A stretch of 64,000 nt of DNA. Source: an uncultured Kiritimatiellota bacterium. Lineage in GTDB: Bacteria; Verrucomicrobiota; Kiritimatiellia; RFP12; UBA1067. Position numbers and translations under genes: made by a program. The number at the start of each line of letters is the position of its first letter. Position 1 is the stretch's first letter. The stretch is from assembly GCA_934643865.1 (NCBI GenBank), contig CAKUCX010000002.1, positions 2,587 through 66,586 on the forward strand, read 5' to 3'. The notes beneath the pieces were generated by a model, which had not been told where the DNA came from, searched no databases, and saw only the letters and a list, made by a program, of their open reading frames with translations. Below are positions 1 to 10,110 of this stretch, piece after piece.

Positions 1-1332
1 ATGCGGCATGTCATCGACCGTGAAATCAACGCGCACGACAACATAGGCGCCCCCGGACAGCTCATGGGCGTGTATGACGCGAAGGAAGAGGAGAACATCG
101 TCGCACGCGCCTACCAGGCTGTGAAGAATGGCGCAGAGACCATTGCGGCCCTCGATTCGGCCATTGGCGAGGAGCGCGGCGGGACAGAGCCCGCCGCACA
201 GCACTCGGATGGTGAGGATAACGACTTCGACATCTTCTCTCTCGTAGGCGCTGGAGCTACGGCATTCGGCAACGATGAAAGTGTGAAGGATTCCGCGAAG
301 GCGCAGAAGAGCGAGCCGACGACGATATTCGCCTCCGAAAGCGACTATCTCGCCGCTGGCCTTGAGTTCATGCAGGGCGTGTCGCATTACAGATACGGGA
401 CGCTTCTCCGCGATGAACGCACAGGACTTCTTTCGCTCCCGATGACGGACGCTCTCAAATCATGGTGCAGACATGTCTTGCCTTACGAGCTGAGACGGCA
501 GATAGGCGACTCGAATGAGCTCAAGTTCACGACCGACGCCGTGGCGATGCAACGCGAGACACAATTTGCCCGTAGCCTGGCGGTGGCAGACTCTGATGAT
601 GAAGGCTCCGTTCCCGAAGAGGCCTGGCCGACAGTCTCCTACCTCTGGCCCCTCAATCCTGTCTCGCGCTGGATAACGGAGAACATTAACGCCACGTTTG
701 GATCGCTCTCCGCTCCTGTTCTTAGAATCGCCGGTCTCTCAAATCCCGTGTTCCTGATTTATGCGCAAGCCCCGAATGAACACGGTGAGCCCTTGGTTCA
801 GCAATGGTTTGTTGTTTCTTTCAAATGTGGCCGGACAGGGCCGGCCACACAAAACTCTTATCTGAGTGAAGTGTTGCCCGCTCCATCTGGCAACATCGCC
901 GCATTGCTTTCGCCATACGGGTTGGATACCCCTAAATTCTCCAATACCGCAGGGACGGATGAAACTCTTGGGTCAGATGAGATGGCCGTTCTCAATTCGC
1001 TGCGGCTTCCTGCAATAGAGGCGGTTAAGCCGCGTCTCGAGGAACTTGTTGCTGCATACGAAGCGGAGAATGCCCCTCGAAATGCGACACTTATGGAAAA
1101 GCTGAAGATCCGTCTCCGGGGTGCAATGGAGCAGCTGGAGTTTGTATTCGACGGCTACGATGAAGGCGTAAAGCGCATGCGCAGAAGATCGTTCGACAAC
1201 GCCAAGCGCAACAGACAGGACGCATATGACAACTTCAAGACGTGGACAGAGACGCACTGCACGCCGTCCCCGTACAGGCTATGCCAGATCATCGCAGTCC
1301 TGACGGGGAAGAAAGGAGGCGTCAATGGCTGA
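1..1332 (+). CDS. Hypothetical protein, 5'-truncated at the window edge. Its stop overlaps the start of the downstream methyltransferase (ATGGCTGA), so the two are translationally coupled. It carries an in-frame copy of the REP-like palindrome (aa segment KCGRTGPATQNSYLSEVLPAPSGNI).
   Basis: Long ORF in the supplied track running off the 5' edge. Start/stop overlap at 1325-1332. Palindrome tgtggccggacagggccggccaca at ~826-849 lies inside the ORF without breaking the frame. Confidence 0.5.
   Translation: MRHVIDREINAHDNIGAPGQLMGVYDAKEEENIVARAYQAVKNGAETIAALDSAIGEERGGTEPAAQHSDGEDNDFDIFSLVGAGATAFGNDESVKDSAKAQKSEPTTIFASESDYLAAGLEFMQGVSHYRYGTLLRDERTGLLSLPMTDALKSWCRHVLPYELRRQIGDSNELKFTTDAVAMQRETQFARSLAVADSDDEGSVPEEAWPTVSYLWPLNPVSRWITENINATFGSLSAPVLRIAGLSNPVFLIYAQAPNEHGEPLVQQWFVVSFKCGRTGPATQNSYLSEVLPAPSGNIAALLSPYGLDTPKFSNTAGTDETLGSDEMAVLNSLRLPAIEAVKPRLEELVAAYEAENAPRNATLMEKLKIRLRGAMEQLEFVFDGYDEGVKRMRRRSFDNAKRNRQDAYDNFKTWTETHCTPSPYRLCQIIAVLTGKKGGVNG
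824..895 (+). repeat. REP/MITE-like element, copy 1. Core 24-nt hairpin tgtggccggacagggccggccaca (9-bp stem, 6-nt loop), a conserved tail cacaaaactcttat, and a second module gtgttgcccgctccatctggcaaca. It sits in-frame inside the 1..1332 ORF.
   Basis: Direct sequence reading. The same core recurs at ~5754 and ~12783 in the same orientation. Confidence 0.8.
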
Positions 1333-4300
1333 GTTTATTGGCATCAGAAACGAGAACGAGTTTTACTTCGCCCATTACCTTTCGTCGCTCATGGACGACG
1401 AACTGAAGGAGATATGCTCGTCCGACGAGATGAAGGCCGCCTGCGACAAGCTCTACAAGCTCCAGCAGGAGTACCATGACTTGCAGGAGGCTCGGGAACT
1501 TGTCAAGCGTCGCCGCCCGGCTGCGTTTAGCGAGGACAGGACGGATTACTTTTCTAGACTCAGGGCGTTCCACTCCCATATTGCCGACATCCTTGGCTAT
1601 GCTGCTGACTGGATTTCACCAGGAACTCGTCTCTTCCCAGGCGCAAAGTTGACGGTCCCCGTCTCTGGCATTCTTGCCGGAAAGGATGGCAACGTACAAG
1701 CCGTCCTCATTGAATCCTGCTACGACTATGCGGCGAGCGTCCGTTTTTCAACTGAGGGCATTCTCGAGAATTTCCTGACATCGGAGCAGACAGCCGTCGA
1801 GGGCCTCCCCGAAGTCTCCAGGCAGATGCTTGCGGACAGGATATGCCTTGGCAAGTCAAAATCGGAAAAGCCGACCTGGGAGAACATCATCTCAAATGAG
1901 ATATTCTCCTCGGAAACTTCTCCCCGGTTCATAGTCGTATTGGGTGAGGATTCGATTCTGCTTGCAGATCAGAAAAAATGGCCAGAGAAGCGCACCCTCA
2001 TCTTCGAGCTGGATGAGATATATTCGCGGGGCGAACGAGCGACATTCAGGGCGATGGCAAGTCTTCTTTCCAAGACGGCTCTTGCGCCCGACGGCGCGAC
2101 GCCGCTTCCAGACAGGCTCGACGAGAACTCCCACAAGAACGCCTTTGGTGTCTCCAAGACGCTGCGCTATGCGATGCGTGAGGCGATTGAACTCCTTGGA
2201 AATGCGATATTGAGGGGAATGGGGAACGGGGAAGAGGGAGGGCGGCTGCCCTCAGCCGCCGAAGTATCGGCCCCTGCTCTTTCCAAAGAGTGCATCATTG
2301 TGATGTACCGCTTCCTGTTTGTGCTTTTCCTGGAGTCGCGCAAGGATCTCGGGTATTTCGAGACAACTCAGAATGTGGACGACATGTTCTGGAGTGCATA
2401 CGGCTTCGACCATCTTCGCGATCTCGAGACAGTGCCGCTCATGACAGACGCCGATAAAAGCGGGCACTACTTCGACCGCTCCATCAAGCAGCTGTTCGCA
2501 AAGATATGGTGGGGCATAGGAGAGAGGAAACAGGGAATAGGGAATAGGGAACAGGGGATAGCGAATGGGGAACAGGGAACTGGGAACAGGGAGGGTGTTG
2601 ATGCATTTAGAATCTTGCCATTGAAAGCACATCTCTTCGATCCAGAACGAACACCCTTGTTCAACGATGCAGAGATACCGAACGATGTTTGGCAGAGAAT
2701 CGTCTATTCGCTTTCCATTGGCGAGGCGGGAACGGGACGCCGCAAGCGCAAGGGCCGTATTTCGTATGCGCAACTCGGAATCCAACAGCTTGGCGCGGTC
2801 TATGAGGCGCTCCTGAGCTACACGGGCTTCAATGCGAAAACCGATCTCTATGAAGTCGCGGCGGCGGGTTCGGACATCTTCGACACCGGCTACTTCGTGA
2901 CAGCTGAAGACCTCAAGGACTACACGAACGAAGAAAAGGTCGCGAATTCAGACGGAACTCTCGTATGCCACCCAAGAGGGGCGTTCATCTACCGCATGGC
3001 TGGACGCGACCGCGAACGTTCGGCTTCATACTATACGCCGGAAGTCCTTACTCGCTGTCTCGTGCGTCTCGCCCTCAAGGAGCGCATCCCGGACGAAATG
3101 CCAGCGGACGAGGTGATGCAGCTTACCGTGTGCGAGCCAGCAATGGGGTCCGCCGCATTCTTGAACGAGGCAATCGACCAGCTCGCCGACATCTACCTCA
3201 AGAAGAAGCAGAAGGAGCTGAAGCGCACCATCCCCGTCGAGAGGTACGCGGCAGAAAAGGCTCGCGTAAAGATGGTGATAGCCGACAACAACGTCTTCGG
3301 CGTTGACCTGAACCCGACCGCCGCAGACCTCGCTGAAGTCTCGCTCTGGCTCGGCTCCATCGGTGGCGAGAGATTGCCGACCGGACAGGATTGCGACGAG
3401 CCGTACATCCCGTGGTTCGGCACCCAACTCAAGTGCGGCAACTCCATCATCGGATGCCGCCGTGAGGTCGTGTTCCGCGACGGAACGCGCAAGGCCGTTG
3501 GCTTCGGCGAGGATTTCCCGAAGAACGCCGTTTGGCACTTCCTCATACCCGACGAGGGCATGGCCATTAACCTTGACGCCGTCGTAAAAGGCATCGTAGG
3601 AGATGAAGTTGCCGAGCGGCTCAAGAAGTGGAAAAAGGCGTTTGCTCTCCCCGACAAAAAGCGACAGTACGAGAATTACGACAGAACCTGGAAGCGGATG
3701 AGCACGCTGTCTGAGGCGATTGACAAGATATGGAGAAGCGCGGCGGATGACATCGCCTCGCTCGACGAACGGACACGGGATGACGTGGCGTACTTTGGAC
3801 ACGAACCGAAGGCCAATGCAATCTCCGACTTGAAGACAAAAGACCGACAACTCTGGACGGAGCTTTCGCGTGACGAATACGGCAATATCGACTACTCGAA
3901 GTCGCTTGGTTCCGTATCTGACTATTTCCGCCTCAAGACGATCCTCGATCTTTGGTGTTCCCTTTGGTTTTGGCCGCTCGACAAGACGGAACGTCTGCCG
4001 ACTTGGGCTGATTTCGAGGCGGCCGTCAGGGTGCTGACAAGAAGCGACTTCGACGAGAAGGAACAGATGGAGCTGGACCTTGGCATCGGCGAGTTGCGCC
4101 TTACCACCGCCGGAACCGAGCTGGAAAAGGAATTCAAGAGGAACCCGACCCTTGGCAACCTTTACAAACTGTTCCCGTTCATCGAGACGTCCGAGGCAAT
4201 AGCCGAGCGTCATCACTTCCTGCACTGGGAGCTGGAGTTCGCGCCGGTGTTCAAGAATCGCGGCGGTTTCGACTTGATAATCGGAAACCCGCCGTGGGTG

Positions 4301-6181
4301 AATGTAGAATTTGATGAAGGTGGATTATTATCCGAATATGAGCCGAAGATCGCGGTACGCAATTATTCCGCTTCAGAAGTGGTGGCCGCAAGGAGGGGAT
4401 TGATATCAGATGAGACTGTCCATGATGGGTATTTAGACGAATATTCATGTGTTAACGGTCAACAGCATTTCCTAACATCTTCTAATAATTATCCTGATTT
4501 AGAGGGGATGAAGGCAAATCTGTTTCAGAATTTTGTCCCTTTAGCAATGAGGTTAATGAATCCTGACGCCATAACGGCATATGTCCATCCTGAAAATTTA
4601 TATTTGGATGCGAAAGGGGATAAAATTCGCCAAATGATTTATCCTAGGTTACTTTTACATGCGCAATTCAGAAATGAATTAAAGCTATTTGATATTGGGA
4701 ATACGCGTGTGTTTAGCCTCAATGTGTATGGACAGATAAAAGACCATGTCAAATTTAAGAATATCTCGACATTGTTCCACCCTTGTACGTTGGAGCAGTC
4801 TTTGAGTATGAGCGATTCAAGCGCTCCAATTCCGCTTGAGAAGACAAATGATGGTCATTGGAATTTGTGTGGTCATTGTGATAGGGTTGTAGATATTTCT
4901 AACGATGAATTGGCCTTGTTTGCAAAGTTTATTGATGGTGAAGGCGTTTCCCCATTGCAAACTAGATTACCTTCGATTTATTTGCGGCAGATAATAGGAA
5001 AGTTATTTCATGCATTTACAAATGTCCAATGCAAATTTGCTTCTAAAAACTTTGAGACTACTGAGTGTTGGGACCCTTCTGCTCACAATGAAGTTGGATT
5101 GATTGGAGGGAAAGCGACATTTCCATCAAATAGCTGTGATGAAATTTATTCTGGCCCGACCATCTTTGTCGCTAATCCAGTATATCAGACACCTCGCAAG
5201 AATTGTTCATCTCATCGCGATTATGAGATGGTTGACCTTACAGCAGTCAATGAAAGTTATCTTCCACGTTCGATTACAAATCGGAAAAGTGATTCAACTA
5301 CATATAGGGCCCATGTACCTGTTTGCCTTGGTAAGTGCATAAGTGATCAATTTAGAATTATTTGTAGATGTCGAATCGATCCCAAGGGGGAGCGAACATT
5401 GATACCGAGCATTTCCGCCAAAGAGTATTTGCATATAAATGGGATTATCTCTTATTGCTTTGACGATTTATCTGAATTGATCAATTCTTCAGGAACATGG
5501 TCTTCGATTCCATATGATTGGTTTATTCGTACGACCCAAAAAACTCATTTCCGAAAGGATATTGCACAATATCTTCCAGCCCTTCCTGACAACCCGATGA
5601 TTCGGGCACGTTCGCTTCTTTTGAATTGCGTGAACCGCGATTATGCTGATTTGTGGCGCGAGGCTTGGGATGATGCGTATTTGACTGATGGCTGGCTGTC
5701 GAGCGATCCAAGATTGACGAAGTGGGCTGATCATTTTGGGGGATGTGGCCGGACAGGGCCGGCCACACAACACTCTCATGAATGGCGGTGGGAGACGCCG
5801 CTTCGCACGCAACTCGACCGCCGTCAGGCGCTCGTTGAGCTTGATGTGATTGTGACGAAGGCACTGGGGTTGTCGCTTGATGATTTGCTGTTGATGTATC
5901 GCGTGTCGTTCCCAGTCCTGCGCAAGTACGAGGCCGACACCTACTACGATCAGAACGGACGGTGTGTGTTCTCGGCGAAGAGTGGCGAGTCGTATCTCTC
6001 GCGGCAGGAGTGGGAGTCAATCAAGGACATGAAGGAGGGCGAGTTCAAGAAGACGATCACCGAGACCGTCTTCAGCGACACGCTCACCGAGCGCACGATC
6101 ACCTACACGGCCCCGTTCTTCAAAAAGGATCGCGAGGCCGACTACAAAGAAGCCTGGGAAATGCTGGAGAAAAGGGATTGA
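1325..6181 (+). CDS. Large gamma-class N6-adenine DNA methyltransferase (PglX / Type IIG-IIL-like), 1618 aa, with a long N-terminal extension and a C-terminal TRD-like region.
   Basis: Motifs read from the translation: YTPE (motif X-like), CEPAMGSAAFL (motif I, FxGxG-like), GVDLNPTAADLAEVSLWL, CGNSIIG, HHFLHWELEFAPVF....GGFDLIIGNPPW (motif IV NPPW at nt ~4286-4297). The region after NPPW (nt ~4300-5750) is much more A+T-rich, as expected for a target-recognition domain. Confidence 0.75.
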   Translation: MAEFIGIRNENEFYFAHYLSSLMDDELKEICSSDEMKAACDKLYKLQQEYHDLQEARELVKRRRPAAFSEDRTDYFSRLRAFHSHIADILGYAADWISPGTRLFPGAKLTVPVSGILAGKDGNVQAVLIESCYDYAASVRFSTEGILENFLTSEQTAVEGLPEVSRQMLADRICLGKSKSEKPTWENIISNEIFSSETSPRFIVVLGEDSILLADQKKWPEKRTLIFELDEIYSRGERATFRAMASLLSKTALAPDGATPLPDRLDENSHKNAFGVSKTLRYAMREAIELLGNAILRGMGNGEEGGRLPSAAEVSAPALSKECIIVMYRFLFVLFLESRKDLGYFETTQNVDDMFWSAYGFDHLRDLETVPLMTDADKSGHYFDRSIKQLFAKIWWGIGERKQGIGNREQGIANGEQGTGNREGVDAFRILPLKAHLFDPERTPLFNDAEIPNDVWQRIVYSLSIGEAGTGRRKRKGRISYAQLGIQQLGAVYEALLSYTGFNAKTDLYEVAAAGSDIFDTGYFVTAEDLKDYTNEEKVANSDGTLVCHPRGAFIYRMAGRDRERSASYYTPEVLTRCLVRLALKERIPDEMPADEVMQLTVCEPAMGSAAFLNEAIDQLADIYLKKKQKELKRTIPVERYAAEKARVKMVIADNNVFGVDLNPTAADLAEVSLWLGSIGGERLPTGQDCDEPYIPWFGTQLKCGNSIIGCRREVVFRDGTRKAVGFGEDFPKNAVWHFLIPDEGMAINLDAVVKGIVGDEVAERLKKWKKAFALPDKKRQYENYDRTWKRMSTLSEAIDKIWRSAADDIASLDERTRDDVAYFGHEPKANAISDLKTKDRQLWTELSRDEYGNIDYSKSLGSVSDYFRLKTILDLWCSLWFWPLDKTERLPTWADFEAAVRVLTRSDFDEKEQMELDLGIGELRLTTAGTELEKEFKRNPTLGNLYKLFPFIETSEAIAERHHFLHWELEFAPVFKNRGGFDLIIGNPPWVNVEFDEGGLLSEYEPKIAVRNYSASEVVAARRGLISDETVHDGYLDEYSCVNGQQHFLTSSNNYPDLEGMKANLFQNFVPLAMRLMNPDAITAYVHPENLYLDAKGDKIRQMIYPRLLLHAQFRNELKLFDIGNTRVFSLNVYGQIKDHVKFKNISTLFHPCTLEQSLSMSDSSAPIPLEKTNDGHWNLCGHCDRVVDISNDELALFAKFIDGEGVSPLQTRLPSIYLRQIIGKLFHAFTNVQCKFASKNFETTECWDPSAHNEVGLIGGKATFPSNSCDEIYSGPTIFVANPVYQTPRKNCSSHRDYEMVDLTAVNESYLPRSITNRKSDSTTYRAHVPVCLGKCISDQFRIICRCRIDPKGERTLIPSISAKEYLHINGIISYCFDDLSELINSSGTWSSIPYDWFIRTTQKTHFRKDIAQYLPALPDNPMIRARSLLLNCVNRDYADLWREAWDDAYLTDGWLSSDPRLTKWADHFGGCGRTGPATQHSHEWRWETPLRTQLDRRQALVELDVIVTKALGLSLDDLLLMYRVSFPVLRKYEADTYYDQNGRCVFSAKSGESYLSRQEWESIKDMKEGEFKKTITETVFSDTLTERTITYTAPFFKKDREADYKEAWEMLEKRD
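5752..5789 (+). repeat. REP/MITE-like element, copy 2 (core hairpin plus cacaacactctcat tail only). It is in-frame inside the methyltransferase gene, at the junction between the low-GC TRD-like segment and the C-terminal region.
   Basis: atgtggccggacagggccggccacacaacactctcat read directly. It translates as GCGRTGPATQHSHE within the MTase ORF. Confidence 0.8.
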
Positions 6182-6199
6182 AACATAGGAGGTTTTTGT

Positions 6200-7435
6200 A
6201 TGTGGAATAAAGCAGAGGCTATAGACTCGTTGACGGTGTTTTACGGGACAATAGAACGCACGGTTGAAGACCCCACTACAACCACAAAGACATGGCGAAG
6301 GTTATGGATGGGCAAAGATAAGGAAATGGAGACCGTGTTCTATGCTCAAGATAAGTTAGATGTGGCTGTGGATTATCTGTTACAGAATAAGTCAATCGAT
6401 GGCAATTTTACGCGTAGTGGACTTTCAGCGTTAGTAGCAGAGCGCCTAGGTGTTGATTTTATTTCCTCTGCGAATTCTCCAAGGGAAAATGTTGAGACAT
6501 TGGTGAGTGAACTCGTCAATAAGAAACCAGAATTGATGAACGTGTACATGGTAATTCATGGTCTCGTGGTGCAACAACGGACAAGTATTGGAGAGTTTGA
6601 GTTTATCCCGGCTAAAGCCTATTCGAGCTTGGGCGTGAAATGTTTTCATCCACAGATGGAAACAAGTATCAAGGAACAGATGTGGCAGAATCAAGATCAT
6701 GTTAAGGTTCCAGTTCTAGCGTGTGAAGCAGCAAAAGCTAGGGAGAAAGCATACGCGGAATTCCAATGGCTTGAGAGCGCCGTGAGATTGTTCGTTGATT
6801 CTGACTTTTATGATATTGGAATAACGTCCTTCAACTATTCGCATGTTGAGAATTCTCTTGTTACGGCTGAAGATGGGCAGATGCGGGGAACGTCAGCCTC
6901 TCTGAAAGGATCGCCTGTGCCACTTCCGTTTGCACGGGTGTTTGCACCCGGAAATTGTCTATGCCGGGTCATCGATAGGCTGGGACGACAGGAGCGTGAT
7001 TTGTCGCAACTTCAGCAGAAAATACGACATGCTGTTTATCTTGGTGGATTATCTGTTAGGGAAACGACTCCTGGCGTGGCGTATTTTCTCTGTGTATCGG
7101 CAATGGAAGCATTGTTTCAGGCAGACACGAGTAAGTACGTTAGCCCTTCAATCGCGCAACAGATCGTTGAGGCGTTTTGTTATCTGATTGCGGACGAGGC
7201 AAAGCGTCGTGACGTGTTTGAACAAATGCGTTCTTTTTATGGTAAACGTTCCGCTTTTGCGCACGGAGGAAAGTCTGAAGTTACTGTCGAGGATGTGCAA
7301 TTGGTTCGCGCGTATCTGCGGGGTGCGATTTTAAAAATGATTGACGATCCGATTCTGTCTAAGTTAAGATCGTCTGAAGACGTGGCTACAAGAGTACGTG
7401 ATATTAAGTTTGGAGAGAAGGAGGCGGTGAAATGA
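6200..7435 (+). CDS. Hypothetical protein (411 aa) with a C-terminal HEPN-like Rx4H motif (YGKRSAFAHGG). It is the first gene of the PHP-ATPase/RT operon.
   Basis: ORF with RBS aggagg 8 nt upstream of the ATG at 6200. Its stop overlaps the start of the next gene (ATGA at 7432-7435). The motif R-S-A-F-A-H near the C-terminus matches the HEPN Rx4-6H signature (Abi_2/AbiD-F style R[SN]xxAH). Confidence 0.55.
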   Translation: MWNKAEAIDSLTVFYGTIERTVEDPTTTTKTWRRLWMGKDKEMETVFYAQDKLDVAVDYLLQNKSIDGNFTRSGLSALVAERLGVDFISSANSPRENVETLVSELVNKKPELMNVYMVIHGLVVQQRTSIGEFEFIPAKAYSSLGVKCFHPQMETSIKEQMWQNQDHVKVPVLACEAAKAREKAYAEFQWLESAVRLFVDSDFYDIGITSFNYSHVENSLVTAEDGQMRGTSASLKGSPVPLPFARVFAPGNCLCRVIDRLGRQERDLSQLQQKIRHAVYLGGLSVRETTPGVAYFLCVSAMEALFQADTSKYVSPSIAQQIVEAFCYLIADEAKRRDVFEQMRSFYGKRSAFAHGGKSEVTVEDVQLVRAYLRGAILKMIDDPILSKLRSSEDVATRVRDIKFGEKEAVK

Positions 7436-10095
7436 AGTATCCGAATGGTTCAGAATGGCGCAAATGGGATTTGCACATTCATACGACGGCTTCGGACGGG
7501 AAGGCGACGCCGTCCGACGTCGTTGAACAGGCACTTGCCGCTGGCGTGAGTGTTATTGCTATTACAGATCACCATACGGCGGCGAATGTCGATGAAGTGA
7601 AGAGTTTGGCGAAAGCCACAGGAGGGCGGCTGTCTGTAATTTCTGGAATTGAATTTCGGACGGAACTTGGTAAAAGTTCAGTTCATATGATTGGTTTGTT
7701 TCCAGATGTGTATCAGGGACAGCTATTGACGGCCTCGGCGTTACATGACCTTGTATTGTGCCCGTTGGGATTGTCGCGTACGGCGATTATTGCCGAGGGT
7801 AGAAAGTATTCGGATTCGGTTGATGAAGTACAACTCTTTAAGACCGGGATGTTTAAACTGCAGGTCAATTTCCAGACGGCTGCGGAACTTATTCGTAAGT
7901 ATGGGGGATTGGTGTCGGTTCATAATGGAACAAAGACGAACGGAATAGATGATCAGATGCGGCATGATGGTCGTGGAATAAGGGATGTGCCCTTATCGGA
8001 GAGTTTGGGACCATTGAAGGAGGAACTTTTACAAAAGTATGTTGATATTTGTGAAGTGAAAAAATCCGTTGAGGCGCCGTTTTATTTGACTGGATTTGGC
8101 CGCGCGTCAATTGTGGCTTCGGATGCTCATGAAATAAATGAGATCGGGACGAAGCCTGTTTGGATTAAAGCCGATCCTACATTTGATGGTCTACGTCAGA
8201 TTCTGTTTGAGCCTGCTGATCGGGTTCGAATTCAGGACGATATGCCAGAACAAAAAGCACCATATCAAACCCTGAGCCATGTTTGCTTGAAAGAAGCCGG
8301 TTTTTGGGATCATCCGCTTCCGCTGAATCCAAGTCTGGTTACCATTATAGGAGGACGTTCTTCCGGCAAGTCAAATCTTCTGTCGGCAATCGCTTGTAAA
8401 GTCGGTTACGCTGATTTGCAGGCTGGTTACGACAGCGAAGAATCATCCTCATTACGTTTTGTTAAAGATCATCTTTCTGCTGTGAGTGTTGCGTGGGCGG
8501 ATGGAGTTGAGGGCCCTGACAAGATGGTTGAGTATTTCCCTCAAGGATATATGATTGGTATTGCGGATAATCCTGGAAGAATTATGCCTATAGTGTGGGA
8601 CATACTTAAAGAGAATCCCGACAATCAACGATTGAGAGAAGAATTTGATCGACAGTTGAATGATTTGAAAAGCACCATTGCGACTGAGTGTTCAAATCTT
8701 TTCACTCAACGGGAAGCACTCCGAAAACTTGATGCAGAAATTAAAGAGAGAGGCGGGATTAAGAGTCATGAACTTGAAGTAAAACGGCTTAGGGATGAAA
8801 TGTCGCAACTTAAAAAACAGCATATGAATATGACTGATGATGAGTTGCGCGAATTTGAGGCTTTGCAGGAACAAGAACGCGAACTGCTGGCTAAACTGCA
8901 AGAGGTGGATGATGATCAGATAGCGTTGAAGTCAATAGAAGATATGCCTGAGATTGATTTCTTCCCAAATATTGACATACCGCTATTCTCTGCTGGTGTC
9001 CAAGATAAGATCGATAAAAAGATCAGTGAAATTAGACGGCAAGGGCTTGTCGCTTGGCAGAGGTTAGTTTCCGATGTTGGGCAGTCGTTGAAGTCGCAAC
9101 AAGACCTCTATGTTAAGAAGCTGAAGGAATTGCGTGAGGGAAACTTGTACAAGAAAGGTGCAGCACATATCGCGGAGAATAGTCAGCTTAAAGCCATTGA
9201 GCAACGTATTCGTCATGAAGAGGACTTGCTGGCGGACGTCAAGAAGATCGTTGATCGTAAACATGATTTGGCGCAACGAAATCGCACTACGATTGAAAAC
9301 TTGGCGAGTCATCACTATGAGCTTTATAAGGTTTCGTGCAAGTTTGCAGATGCTGTAAAGCTTGAGAAGAACGGGCTTTCCATAGCTGGTAGTGTTGCCA
9401 TAAGACAAGATGATTTGAGTCGGTATATCGACGGTCGTATGACGCGAGTTTCTAAGGAACAAAAAGAGTTATATGATAAGATTCTTGCGCATGACTCTTT
9501 CGATGGTGATAAGGTAAATAGCTTTTTGAATCAGACAATGCAGGGAGCAGTGCAATACAATAAAGATGTTGACGAAAAGACAGTTGTTATTGAGCTCTTG
9601 TCGACATGCTGGTTTAAAGTGAATTACGATATTGTTTATCAAAATGATCGACTATCGCAAATGTCACCAGGCAAGCGCTCCTTTGTTATTTTGCAGCTCT
9701 TGCTCGAATTTAGCAACAAGAAATGTCCTATTCTCATTGATCAACCGGAGGATAATCTTGATAACCGCGCAATCTTCAGGGACCTTGTGACATATCTACG
9801 CGCCAAGAAAAGGGAACGTCAGATCATTCTAGTGACGCACAATCCCAATGTTGTTGTTGGAGCTGATGCGGAGCAGGTGATTGTTGCTAATCAGCATGGT
9901 AACGATAGCGTTAATGCAGACAATATGCGATTTGCATATGTTTCTGGTTCGTTGGAAGCGTCGTGGCCGAAAATTTCGCCGACAGCGCCAATACTTGAGT
10001 CGCAGGGCATCCGTGAGCATGTTTGCGAGATTCTTGAAGGCGGTGAAGACGCCTTTAGAAAGAGGGAATCCAAGTATGGCTTGTGGCACAAGTGA
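7432..10095 (+). CDS. PHP-family phosphoesterase domain fused to an SbcC/SMC-like ABC ATPase with a central coiled-coil (887 aa). It resembles the single-gene 'ppl' defence protein architecture.
   Basis: N-terminus carries PHP motifs WDLHIHTTASDG, ITDHHT, GIEF, ASDAH. Walker A is GGRSSGKSNLL (aa ~300). A ~300-aa charged heptad-rich region is rich in K/E/L/Q (LRKLDAEIKERGG...ELLAKLQEVDD...). The C-terminal lobe has the signature-like SPGKRS, Walker B/D-loop ILIDQPEDNLD and H-loop ILVTHNPNV. Confidence 0.75.
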   Translation: MKYPNGSEWRKWDLHIHTTASDGKATPSDVVEQALAAGVSVIAITDHHTAANVDEVKSLAKATGGRLSVISGIEFRTELGKSSVHMIGLFPDVYQGQLLTASALHDLVLCPLGLSRTAIIAEGRKYSDSVDEVQLFKTGMFKLQVNFQTAAELIRKYGGLVSVHNGTKTNGIDDQMRHDGRGIRDVPLSESLGPLKEELLQKYVDICEVKKSVEAPFYLTGFGRASIVASDAHEINEIGTKPVWIKADPTFDGLRQILFEPADRVRIQDDMPEQKAPYQTLSHVCLKEAGFWDHPLPLNPSLVTIIGGRSSGKSNLLSAIACKVGYADLQAGYDSEESSSLRFVKDHLSAVSVAWADGVEGPDKMVEYFPQGYMIGIADNPGRIMPIVWDILKENPDNQRLREEFDRQLNDLKSTIATECSNLFTQREALRKLDAEIKERGGIKSHELEVKRLRDEMSQLKKQHMNMTDDELREFEALQEQERELLAKLQEVDDDQIALKSIEDMPEIDFFPNIDIPLFSAGVQDKIDKKISEIRRQGLVAWQRLVSDVGQSLKSQQDLYVKKLKELREGNLYKKGAAHIAENSQLKAIEQRIRHEEDLLADVKKIVDRKHDLAQRNRTTIENLASHHYELYKVSCKFADAVKLEKNGLSIAGSVAIRQDDLSRYIDGRMTRVSKEQKELYDKILAHDSFDGDKVNSFLNQTMQGAVQYNKDVDEKTVVIELLSTCWFKVNYDIVYQNDRLSQMSPGKRSFVILQLLLEFSNKKCPILIDQPEDNLDNRAIFRDLVTYLRAKKRERQIILVTHNPNVVVGADAEQVIVANQHGNDSVNADNMRFAYVSGSLEASWPKISPTAPILESQGIREHVCEILEGGEDAFRKRESKYGLWHK

Positions 10096-10110
10096 GGAAG
10101 TTTGTTGGTT

